From positions 1 through 13,319 of the forward strand of contig CAZZIO010000020.1 of NCBI GenBank assembly GCA_964654465.1: 13,319 nucleotides of DNA, read 5' to 3'. The notes under the pieces were generated by a model. It was not told where the DNA came from and ran no database searches. It saw nothing but the letters and a program-made list of their open reading frames with translations. Made by a program: the position numbers and the translations under genes. Of the stretch, positions 1 to 7,898 are shown piece after piece; the first letter of the stretch is position 1, and each line of letters opens with the position of its first letter. This DNA is from an uncultured Dictyoglomota bacterium. Its GTDB lineage: Bacteria > Dictyoglomota > Dictyoglomia > Dictyoglomales > Dictyoglomaceae.

Positions 1-128
1 GACATTCTTATTGATGGTATGCCAAGTCTTTCAATGGGTTTTGTGTGCCAGAAATCAAGTCCAGAGCATAAAGAGGCTTTTTCTTCAAGAGTCATCTGTG
101 AGATAAGTTTTTTTATATCCCTCTCCAT
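1..128 (-). CDS. Glycoside hydrolase family 3 beta-glucosidase, N-terminal fragment (gene runs off the window start; not in the ORF track)
   Basis: Manual translation from ATG at 128 gives [42 protein letters not shown], the typical GH3 N-terminus (MTLEEK..L..G.D.W.T..I.RLGIP.I, normally followed by SDGPHG). SD AAGGAGGT at 143-136. Confidence 0.9.
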   Translation of the reverse strand, partial: MERDIKKLISQMTLEEKASLCSGLDFWHTKPIERLGIPSIRM

Positions 129-153
129 TTAATATACCTCCTTACAATTTAAA

Positions 154-1044
154 CTATTCTTTTCTTGCTAACTTTAAAGGTTTGCTCTTTTCTTTTTTCA
201 TAAAAATATATTGATCATAAATAAGCTCTACAAAAGATCTATCAACCCCCTCAACATACTCTGGGCTTATACCTTCTTCAAAAGATACTAAAACTTTATC
301 AATAGTCTCATAGTCAACTCCCAAAGAAAATTCATCTGTAATTCCTGGTAATAGATCTGGAGAAGGAGGTTTATTAATAATCTTTTCTGGGACCTTCAAC
401 AACTTTGCAAGCTCTCTGACTTCCGTCTTATATAGATGAGATAATGGTGCTACATCAGCAGCATCATCCCCATACTTTACATAGTATCCTAAAAGTTCCT
501 CTGTAAGATTAGTACAACCTACTACGAGAAAATTCTTTTTTTCTGCATAAAAATATAGGAGAATCATCCTCAATCTATGCTTTATCCTATAGTACGCAAT
601 ACCCTCATAAAACCACCTAAATCTTTTACTATTCACTTTACCTCTTTGGGCAAAAAATATAGGTTTACCTAAGGATTTAGAATACTCCTCATAGAGATAT
701 CTTACCGCTTTTTTCTTAAGTGGTCTTAAAAGAAGCCAAAAAAGAGGAATAATCTTGTATACCCCTAGCACCCAAAGAGTATTTGTCAAACTAAATACTT
801 TGTAGGGAACATCTAAGTTTCTAACTAAAAATAAGGCATCTCTAAGGGAAGAAGGCTCAGAATCCATTTCAGGCATAATAAGAGCAAAAATCTTATCTTT
901 GCCTACAGCTTCCAATAAAAGATACAATACAACAGCAGAATCAAGTCCTCCACTAACCCCTATAACATATCCATTCTTTCCCTCTTCGTCTAACTTTTCT
1001 CTTAAAAACTTTATTATTCTGTTTTTCTCTTCTAATAAATTCAT
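154..1044 (-). CDS. nadE: NH3-dependent NAD+ synthetase (no glutaminase domain), with an internal insertion
   Basis: PP-loop GVSGGLDS, RLRMILLY, N.TE..LGY..KYGD, PL..LYKTEVRELA, KPPSPDL and TDE..LG..Y motifs. Confidence 0.9.
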   Translation of the reverse strand: MNLLEEKNRIIKFLREKLDEEGKNGYVIGVSGGLDSAVVLYLLLEAVGKDKIFALIMPEMDSEPSSLRDALFLVRNLDVPYKVFSLTNTLWVLGVYKIIPLFWLLLRPLKKKAVRYLYEEYSKSLGKPIFFAQRGKVNSKRFRWFYEGIAYYRIKHRLRMILLYFYAEKKNFLVVGCTNLTEELLGYYVKYGDDAADVAPLSHLYKTEVRELAKLLKVPEKIINKPPSPDLLPGITDEFSLGVDYETIDKVLVSFEEGISPEYVEGVDRSFVELIYDQYIFMKKEKSKPLKLARKE

Positions 1045-1126
1045 CTTAAGAAATCTCTTTATATCTTCCCTTTAACAATAATATAATATTGAAAGTTCTT
1101 AACCACAATAAGGAGGTTTGGAAAGT

Positions 1127-1879
1127 ATGTATAAAAAAGTTGCTATTGTAACTGGAGGAGGGCAAGGAATTGGAAAAGCCATAGCCAAAAAATTCTTGGA
1201 AAATAGCATCTCAGTAGTAATTGCAGAGATTGATGAAGAAGCAGGAAGAGAAACGGAAGAAGAATATTCATCCTTGGGAGAGATAAAATTTATTAAGACT
1301 GATGTATCCAATGAAGAAGAAGTCAGAAATATGATAGAAGAGACTATCAAAATCTTTGGAAGGATTAACTATCTTATCAATAATGCTGGAATTGGAATAA
1401 ACAAACATATATCAGAACTCACTTTAGAAGAATGGAATAGAGTCTTAGGAGTAAACCTAACAGGAGCCTTTTTATGTAGTAAATATGCCTATCCTTATCT
1501 CAAAAAGGAAAAAGGGGTAATTATAAATATTGCATCTACAAGAGCTTTTATGTCAGAGCCAAATACGGAAGCTTATTCAGCCTCAAAAGGTGGAATTTAT
1601 GCATTAACTCACGCCCTTGCTATAAGTCTTGGTCCTGATATAAGGGTAAATTGTATAAGTCCTGGCTGGATTGAAGTATCAGAGTGGAAGAAAAAGAGCT
1701 TAAGAAAACCCGCAGAGCTTACAGAGCTTGATCACAAACAACATCCCGTAGGAAGAGTAGGAAGACCTGAAGATATAGCAAGTCTTGTCCTATACCTAAT
1801 ATCAGATGACGCAGGATTTATTACAGGAGCAAACTTTATAGTTGATGGTGGAATGACAAGAAAAATGATTTATTTATGA
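1127..1879 (+). CDS. Classical short-chain dehydrogenase/reductase (SDR) family oxidoreductase
   Basis: TGGGQGIG Rossmann motif, NNAG, catalytic S and YSASK, VNCISPG, C-terminal VDGG. Start moved from TTG 1118 to ATG 1127 because AGGAGG (1111-1116) lies 10 nt before the ATG but only 1 nt before the TTG. Confidence 0.93.
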   Translation: MYKKVAIVTGGGQGIGKAIAKKFLENSISVVIAEIDEEAGRETEEEYSSLGEIKFIKTDVSNEEEVRNMIEETIKIFGRINYLINNAGIGINKHISELTLEEWNRVLGVNLTGAFLCSKYAYPYLKKEKGVIINIASTRAFMSEPNTEAYSASKGGIYALTHALAISLGPDIRVNCISPGWIEVSEWKKKSLRKPAELTELDHKQHPVGRVGRPEDIASLVLYLISDDAGFITGANFIVDGGMTRKMIYL

Positions 1880-1880
1880 A

Positions 1881-3653
1881 CTACTTTAACAACTTATCAA
1901 TGGGAAAAGGTATCTTGTTTTTATTTTTCAAAATAAATTCCCTATTTTTCCTATCTCTATATTGTACCAAAGCTCTTTGAAGTCTTCTTTCTTCATAGGT
2001 TTTTGCCACATATATTTTTTCCTTTCTATCAGGATGATACTCCGTATAAAATGCACAAGATGCTGGAGTTAGTGGCAACGGAGTATAATCCTGAATTTGC
2101 TCTAAATAATGGCCCAATCCTTTCACATAAATAGCAAGATCCCATGCATCCTTCAGTGTAGCTCCAGGATGAGAAGATATAAAATATGGAATAGCATATA
2201 TCTCTTTCTTCAATTTTCTTTTTATTCCTTCAAATACTGCTATAAAACTTTCATAAACCTCAAACTTAGGCTTCTTCATAATCTCAAGGACATTATTTTT
2301 CACATGTTCTGGTGCTACAGACATATGTCCTCCAATATATCCTTCTTTTATGATCTCTCTTATATAATCTGTATCCTTTAATGCAAGATCATATCTTATT
2401 CCTGATGCTATGAAGACATGTTTTATTTTAGGAATATCTTTTATCTTTTTAAGAAGTCTTAGCTGAGGAGAAAAGTCAACTACAAGACTTGGACATATCT
2501 CAGGAAATAAACAATCTCTGTTAGTGCAAGATCCAGGTATACCATAAACCTTACATCTCAAACTATACATATTGGCAGTAGGTCCACCAACATCTGAAAT
2601 TGTTCCATTGAATATCTTATGTTGAGAAAGATTATAGGCTTCCTTTAATATAGAGTCTTCACTACGAGATATTACTTGCCATCCTTGGTGAAGATTAAGA
2701 GAACAAAAAGTACAACTTCCAAAACAACCTCTATGGGAAATTATAGAAGTTTTTACTGTTTCAAAAGCTGGAATCTTTTCTTTATATGAAGGATGAGGAA
2801 GTCTTTGAAAAGGTAGAGAATATATTAAATCTAAATCTTTCTCCGAATATTCCATAGGAGGATTTTGTACAATATATCTTTTTCCATCCCTTTGTATCAA
2901 AGTCTTTCTCTTTTTCATCCCATTTAATAACATTCTATTAAAATCATGATATCTATCTTTATCCTGAGAGACCTCTTCAAAGGAGGGAAGCATTACATAA
3001 TCTTTTAATATTCCTTTTTCTACAAACTCTTTAAACTCTTTCTCACTAAGGGAATAAAGAATTCCTGGCACAATATATATATCATGCCAAGATTTACCCT
3101 TTGCAAGAAGTTTTGCAATCTCTACTACTTGTTTTTCCCCCATTCCATAAACAATAATCTTTGCTCTCGAATCTAACAAAATAGAATGTCTAATCTTGTC
3201 ATCCCAATAATCATAATGAGAAAATCGTCTTAAGCTTGCTTCAAGTCCCCCTAATACAATAGGTACATCAGGATACAATTCATGTACTACATTAGCATAT
3301 ACAATAACTGCTCTATCAGGCCTTTTACCATAAGTTCCTGATGGAGTATAGGCATCTTCCTTACGTCTTAATTTATTTGGAGTACAATTAGCCACCATAG
3401 AATCTACAGAACCTGAAGTAATACCAAAAAAAAGTCTTGGCCTCCCAAGTATTTTAAAAGAGTTTTTATCTCTCCAGTCAGGCTGAGGAATTATACCAAC
3501 CTTAAAGCCATGATACTCTAGAACTCTACCAATCACAGAAGATCCAAAAGAAGGATGATCCACATAAGCATCTCCTGTAACAATTATTACATCCAATTCA
3601 TCCCAACCTTTTCTCCTTACCTCATCAAGATTTACAGGTAAAAAATTAAACAT
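1881..3653 (-). CDS. ygiQ: YgiQ/UPF0313 family radical SAM protein
   Basis: N-terminal GWDELDVIIVTGDAYVDHPSFG, GGLEASLRR..HYDYW, RGCFGSCTFC (CxxxCxxC), DVGGPTANMY, SGIRYDL, APEH and PYFISSHPG. Confidence 0.92.
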   Translation of the reverse strand: MFNFLPVNLDEVRRKGWDELDVIIVTGDAYVDHPSFGSSVIGRVLEYHGFKVGIIPQPDWRDKNSFKILGRPRLFFGITSGSVDSMVANCTPNKLRRKEDAYTPSGTYGKRPDRAVIVYANVVHELYPDVPIVLGGLEASLRRFSHYDYWDDKIRHSILLDSRAKIIVYGMGEKQVVEIAKLLAKGKSWHDIYIVPGILYSLSEKEFKEFVEKGILKDYVMLPSFEEVSQDKDRYHDFNRMLLNGMKKRKTLIQRDGKRYIVQNPPMEYSEKDLDLIYSLPFQRLPHPSYKEKIPAFETVKTSIISHRGCFGSCTFCSLNLHQGWQVISRSEDSILKEAYNLSQHKIFNGTISDVGGPTANMYSLRCKVYGIPGSCTNRDCLFPEICPSLVVDFSPQLRLLKKIKDIPKIKHVFIASGIRYDLALKDTDYIREIIKEGYIGGHMSVAPEHVKNNVLEIMKKPKFEVYESFIAVFEGIKRKLKKEIYAIPYFISSHPGATLKDAWDLAIYVKGLGHYLEQIQDYTPLPLTPASCAFYTEYHPDRKEKIYVAKTYEERRLQRALVQYRDRKNREFILKNKNKIPFPIDKLLK

Positions 3654-4525
3654 CAGTACTCACACCTACAATTCTTATCTATGTTTCTATCTTCAGTCTC
3701 AAGTTCAATAGTTGAGTGATCTATCTCAAATTTACATTTTAAAAGCTTTCTTACCTCTTCCGCAATCCTTTCAGCCTTAGAAAGCATTTGATCCTCTAAT
3801 ACTACATGAGCAGAAAAAAGCAAATCTTTACTTGATATCTGCCATAAATGAATATGATGTACATTCTTAACTCCTGGTATCTTTGATATCTCTGAAACAA
3901 CACTTTCTATATTTATGCCTTTTGGAGTACCTTCCATCAAAATATGAATAGTATCCTTTAAAAGATATATTGAATTATAAAAAATGAAAACTGCTATGAG
4001 AAGAGATATTATAGTATCTATATAATATAGTTTATAAAAAATTATAAAAATAGCTCCAACTATAACTCCAACAGAAGACAAAGCATCAGATAAAAGATGT
4101 AAAAAAGCCCCTTTAACATTTAAATTACGTTTGGAATCCTCATGAAGAACATAAGCTCCCAAAATATTACCTACAAGTCCAATAATACCTATAATAAATG
4201 TTTGTAAACCCTGTACTTCCTTGGGAGATCTCCATCTATGAAAAGCCTCTAAAATCAAAAATAAAAATATAATAACTAGTAAAATCCCATTTAAAAGAGC
4301 AGCAAGAATTTCAATCCTTCTGTATCCGTAAGTATGGTATTTGTTACTCTTTTTATTTTTTGAAATAAGTTCTGCAAGATAACTTATCACTAAAGCAAAA
4401 AAATCATTTACGTTATGTAAAGCATCACTTACTAAAGCAAGACTTCCAGAGATAACACCCCCTATAATCTCTAAAAGTGCCATGGACAGATTTAAAAACA
4501 TAGCAATTAAAATCTTTCTTGCCAT
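3653..4525 (-). CDS. Cation diffusion facilitator (CzcD/ZitB-like Zn/Co/Cd exporter)
   Basis: SGSLALVSDALHNVND, YGYRRIEILAALLNG, NVKGAFLHLLSDAL, LMEGTP, VHHIHLW and HSTIELE. Start placed at ATG 4525 because GGAGGT (4538-4533) is 7 nt upstream and the track's TTG 4540 overlaps the SD. Its stop overlaps the ygiQ start (TGATG). Confidence 0.92.
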   Translation of the reverse strand: MARKILIAMFLNLSMALLEIIGGVISGSLALVSDALHNVNDFFALVISYLAELISKNKKSNKYHTYGYRRIEILAALLNGILLVIIFLFLILEAFHRWRSPKEVQGLQTFIIGIIGLVGNILGAYVLHEDSKRNLNVKGAFLHLLSDALSSVGVIVGAIFIIFYKLYYIDTIISLLIAVFIFYNSIYLLKDTIHILMEGTPKGINIESVVSEISKIPGVKNVHHIHLWQISSKDLLFSAHVVLEDQMLSKAERIAEEVRKLLKCKFEIDHSTIELETEDRNIDKNCRCEY

Positions 4526-4621
4526 AAAATTTACCTCCAATATTGTAAATATTCCTTAGTATTATCTACAAATATTCTCTTTGTAATCAAGAGATTCTTT
4601 TATTATATACCAATTTAATTT

Positions 4622-4650
4622 TTCACCATTAAAAAAAATTATGTTATGAT
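4622..4650 (+). promoter_or_regulatory. Putative sigma70/sigmaA promoter of the lectin-like gene (extended -10)
   Basis: TTCACC (4622-4627), a 17 nt spacer containing A8, then TG-n-TATGAT (4642-4650). Confidence 0.55.
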
Positions 4651-4741
4651 AGTATTAAGAATTTTAGGGGGAGGTGAAAAATTAATTTCTCTTCTCCTAT
4701 TACCCTATTGAAATATCACTATTAAAAGGAGGAAATTTAAA

Positions 4742-6333
4742 ATGTTTAAAAATTTTTTCTTTTTGTCTTAATTATTCTAATCCTATTCTCCCTATCATTA
4801 AAACTTTCTTTAGCTCAGACCCAGGAAATAATTAAAGGGAATTTACCTTTAAATGGAGCTGTTACAAGTAATTTAAAATCACCCATAAAAACTGACATAT
4901 GGGAAATTTCCCTAAGTTCTGATGGCCTCCTTATATTAACATTAACATCGGACAAAACTCTAAATGTAAATATATTCTTATATGATACTGATGGTAAAAA
5001 AGAAATTGCTCGGGCAGAAGATAGTATAAGAAATGAAAAACTGGTAATAAGAAAAGCTTTAAAACAAGGTAAGTATTATGTAAAGGTAACCCGATGGTAT
5101 GAAGAACATCAAGGAAATTACACGCTAACAAACAAATTCGAAAAGGATCCTTTAAAAAATGATATTGAGCCCAATGATAATGTAGACCTAAAACAAGGAA
5201 TAGACGAGGCAAAAAATATTGAAATAAATTCCGAAATCACAGGGCATTTAGGATATTATGGAAATGGTAGTCAGGATAGAAATGATAGATTTAAAATAAC
5301 CCTACCTTCAGATGGTTATTTGGAAATAACTATCACAAACGATGATTCTTTAACTACTTATGCTTTCCTCTATGATGTAAATGGAAAAAGAGAAATTTTG
5401 AGAAATGAAACAAGAAATAGGAGTTATAAACTAATATATCCCAATCTAAAAGCTGGAACATATTATTTATTAATATCAAGTCTTTGGGACATCCATTACG
5501 GTGGCTATACTATAGAAAATAAATTTATACCTCAAAACATTAAAGGAGACAAAGAACCAAACGATAACATTAATAATGCTGTAGATGTAAGTATTCCATC
5601 TGTAATCTCAGGAACTTTAGGATATTATGGAAATGAAAAACAAGATAGAGATGACTTCTTCAAATTCCATATTCCTCAAGAAATGGACTTAGATATATAT
5701 CTTACAGAAGAACCCACATTGATTACTTACATCTTCATTTATAATGAAAATAAACAAGAAATAGCAAGAAATGACATAGGAGTTTCTGATTACCAAATCT
5801 CTTTAAAATTAAAACCTGGCACATACTATATACAAGTAAATAGCATAGGAAACCACCTTTATGGTGGATACTACATAGGATTAAATAGACAAGTTCCATC
5901 CCTTTTTATAGAAACTCCTAAAAAAGCAGAAGAAGAAACAGCAAATATAATAAAAATAACAAATCCTATCAATAATCATACATATGCAGTTATAGATAAA
6001 AATCTAAGCTGGGAAGAAGCAAAAGATTTTTGCGAAAATATGGGAGGACATCTCGCCACTATTACATCCTTAGAAGAACAAAGATTTATTGAATTTCTCC
6101 TATCTATTTATGGTAAACAAAATGATTACTTCTTAGGAGCTAAATATGAAGAAAGAGAAAGAAAATTTAAATGGGTAACTGAAGAACCATTTGTATTCTA
6201 CAATTGGGACACTGGGGAGCCCAATAACTTGGAAGTAGAAAAATATTTAATAATATATAAAACGTTAGAAAAATTTGGAAAATGGGGAAATGTGCCAACT
6301 ATCCAAAAGGGCTTTATCTGTGAATGGGAATAG
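4742..6333 (+). CDS. Secreted protein with three PPC/collagen-binding-like beta-sandwich repeats and a C-terminal C-type lectin domain. It has a single frame discontinuity in codons 3-7 (frameshifted gene or pseudogene).
   Basis: AGGAGG (4727-4732) precedes ATG 4742, whose frame reads MFKNFFFLS* (TAA 4769-4771). The -1 frame is open from 4750 to TAG 6331-6333 and reads KFFLFVLIILILFSLSLKLSLA-QTQE..., continuous with the track ORF 5320..6333. Repeats show EPND, G.LGYYGN..QDR.D.FK and L..G.YY motifs. The lectin domain starts at 5971 (SWEEAKDFCENMGGHLATITSLEEQ...WVTEEPF.FYNWDTGEPNN...FICEWE). Confidence 0.85.
5247..5635 (+). repeat. Intragenic domain duplication: identical 20-mer TTTAGGATATTATGGAAATG at 5247-5266 and 5616-5635
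   Basis: Two exact copies 369 nt (123 codons) apart, both encoding LGYYGN in consecutive PPC-like repeats. Confidence 0.85.
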
Positions 6334-6360
6334 ATAACAAGCGAAATTTGTAATCATTAT

Positions 6361-6394
6361 AAAGCCTCGGATTCAAATCCGAGGCTTTCTTTTT
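6361..6394 (+). terminator. Rho-independent terminator after the lectin-like gene
   Basis: Perfect inverted repeat AAAGCCTCGGAT-tcaa-ATCCGAGGCTTT followed by CTTTTT. Confidence 0.9.
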
Positions 6395-6433
6395 ATAATA
6401 ACGGTAACAATTATATAAAATAAATATTTATTA

Positions 6434-6462
6434 TTGTATAAATGTGTTATTAAATGTAAAAT
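6434..6462 (+). promoter_or_regulatory. Putative sigma70/sigmaA promoter of the mannanase gene
   Basis: TTGTAT (6434-6439), 17 nt, TAAAAT (6457-6462). It lies downstream of the terminator and about 30 nt before the start codon. Confidence 0.6.
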
Positions 6463-6491
6463 AATTACAAAAAAAGAAAGGGGGCATTTTA

Positions 6492-7898
6492 TTGCAAAAA
6501 TATATTACTCTTATCTTTATACTGCTCTTAACTATTTCCATATCTATTTCTCAATCAGAAATAACTATCCAAGCAGAAAATGGAATATTGAAAGGTACTT
6601 TCGTAGCAAAAACAATTTCAGGATATCAAGGCAGTGGATATGTGGATGGGTTCGATCAAGATGGTGATTCTTGCACCGTCACTGTAGAGGTACCAGAAGA
6701 TGGTATGTATGAGATTATAATTGGATATGCAGCTCCATATGGATATAAAGAAAATTCCCTCTACGTAAATGGAGCCTTCCAAACAAATATAAAATTTAAC
6801 CCATCTCAAAGCTTCACTACTGTATCAGGAGGATTAATACCATTGAAGAAAGGGAAAAATACCATAAGTATTGTAAAAAGTTGGGGATGGTTTTTGCTGG
6901 ATTATTTTAAGATAAAAAAGGCGGAAATCCCAGCATTAAATCCTACTAATAAGCTGATAACTCCAAATCCATCTCCTGAAGCTCAGAAATTAATGGATTA
7001 CCTAATAAATATTTATGGAAAATATACCTTATCAGGACAACAAGGCTATAAAGACTCCTTTTATATCTGGACCTTAACTGATAAATTTCCAGCCATATGT
7101 GGTTTTGATATGATAGATTACTCTCCCTCAAGAGTTGAAAGAGGAGCATCTTCCAGGGATGTTGAAGATGCTATAGATTGGTGGAAAATGGGAGGAATTG
7201 TACAATTTCAATGGCATTGGAATGCTCCAAAGGGACTCTATGATGTACCTGGAAAGGAATGGTGGAGAGGCTTTTATACGCAAGCCACAAGTTTCGATCT
7301 TGAATATGCGATGAATCATCCAGAATCTGAAGATTACAAGCTTTTAATAAGAGATATAGATGCTATAGCAGTACAACTAAAGAGACTACAAGAAGCAAAG
7401 GTTCCCGTCCTTTGGAGACCTCTCCATGAAGCTGAAGGAAGATGGTTTTGGTGGGGAGCAAAAGGTCCAGAACCATGCAAAAAATTATGGAGACTTCTTT
7501 TTGATAGACTTGTTAATTATCATAAAATAAACAATCTAATATGGATCTGGACCACTACTGATTCTCCTTCTGCCCTTGACTGGTACCCTGGAGATGTATA
7601 CGTAGATATAGTCGGAGCTGATATATATCTAAAAGACAAAGATTATTCACCCTCTACAGGCATGTTCTACAATATTGTAAAACTTTTTGGTGGTAAAAAA
7701 TTAGTAGCCATGACGGAAACAGGAACTATACCAGATCCTGATGCTATGGTTAAGGAGAAAGCTTACTGGGCATGGTTTATGACTTGGAGTGGATTCGAAA
7801 GTGATCCAAATAAAAATGAGCCCTCTCATATCAAAAAAGTCTTCAATCATCCTTTCGTTATAACAAAAGACGAGCTTCCTAAATTTATAGAAGAATAA
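6492..7898 (+). CDS. manA: Secreted endo-1,4-beta-mannanase: signal peptide + CBM35 + GH26 catalytic domain
   Basis: Signal peptide, then QAENG..GY.G.GYV...WGWFLLDY (CBM35/CBM6-like), then GH26 motifs WHWNAP, LWRPLHEAEGRWFWWG (acid/base Glu), WYPGD.YVDIVGADIY and AMTETG (nucleophile Glu). TTG start with SD AAGGGGG. Closely resembles Dictyoglomus ManA from memory. Confidence 0.95.
   Translation: MQKYITLIFILLLTISISISQSEITIQAENGILKGTFVAKTISGYQGSGYVDGFDQDGDSCTVTVEVPEDGMYEIIIGYAAPYGYKENSLYVNGAFQTNIKFNPSQSFTTVSGGLIPLKKGKNTISIVKSWGWFLLDYFKIKKAEIPALNPTNKLITPNPSPEAQKLMDYLINIYGKYTLSGQQGYKDSFYIWTLTDKFPAICGFDMIDYSPSRVERGASSRDVEDAIDWWKMGGIVQFQWHWNAPKGLYDVPGKEWWRGFYTQATSFDLEYAMNHPESEDYKLLIRDIDAIAVQLKRLQEAKVPVLWRPLHEAEGRWFWWGAKGPEPCKKLWRLLFDRLVNYHKINNLIWIWTTTDSPSALDWYPGDVYVDIVGADIYLKDKDYSPSTGMFYNIVKLFGGKKLVAMTETGTIPDPDAMVKEKAYWAWFMTWSGFESDPNKNEPSHIKKVFNHPFVITKDELPKFIEE

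Noticed and set aside
1070-1097. CAATA-N6-TATTG inverted repeat with loose resemblance to a dif (XerCD) site
   Set aside because: The arms match the dif consensus poorly (TATTGTTAAAG versus TTATGTTAAAT, and a weak XerC arm). It coincides with the AT-rich divergent nadE/SDR promoter region, which explains it.
1099-1350. 83 aa minus-strand ORF
   Set aside because: Antisense shadow of the SDR gene with no recognisable motifs.
2109-2381. 90 aa plus-strand ORF
   Set aside because: Antisense shadow within the radical SAM gene.
4931-5212. 93 aa minus-strand ORF in the apparent intergenic gap
   Set aside because: It lies opposite the missed 5' part of the lectin gene, and its composition is typical of an antisense frame.
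5320-5322. TTG start given by the ORF track for the 337 aa lectin ORF
   Set aside because: It has no SD and falls in the middle of a PPC-like repeat. The frame is open and clearly coding for 570 nt upstream.
5247-5635. 20-nt exact direct repeat considered as a CRISPR or recombination repeat
   Set aside because: Only two copies, in frame and 123 codons apart, explained by protein domain duplication.
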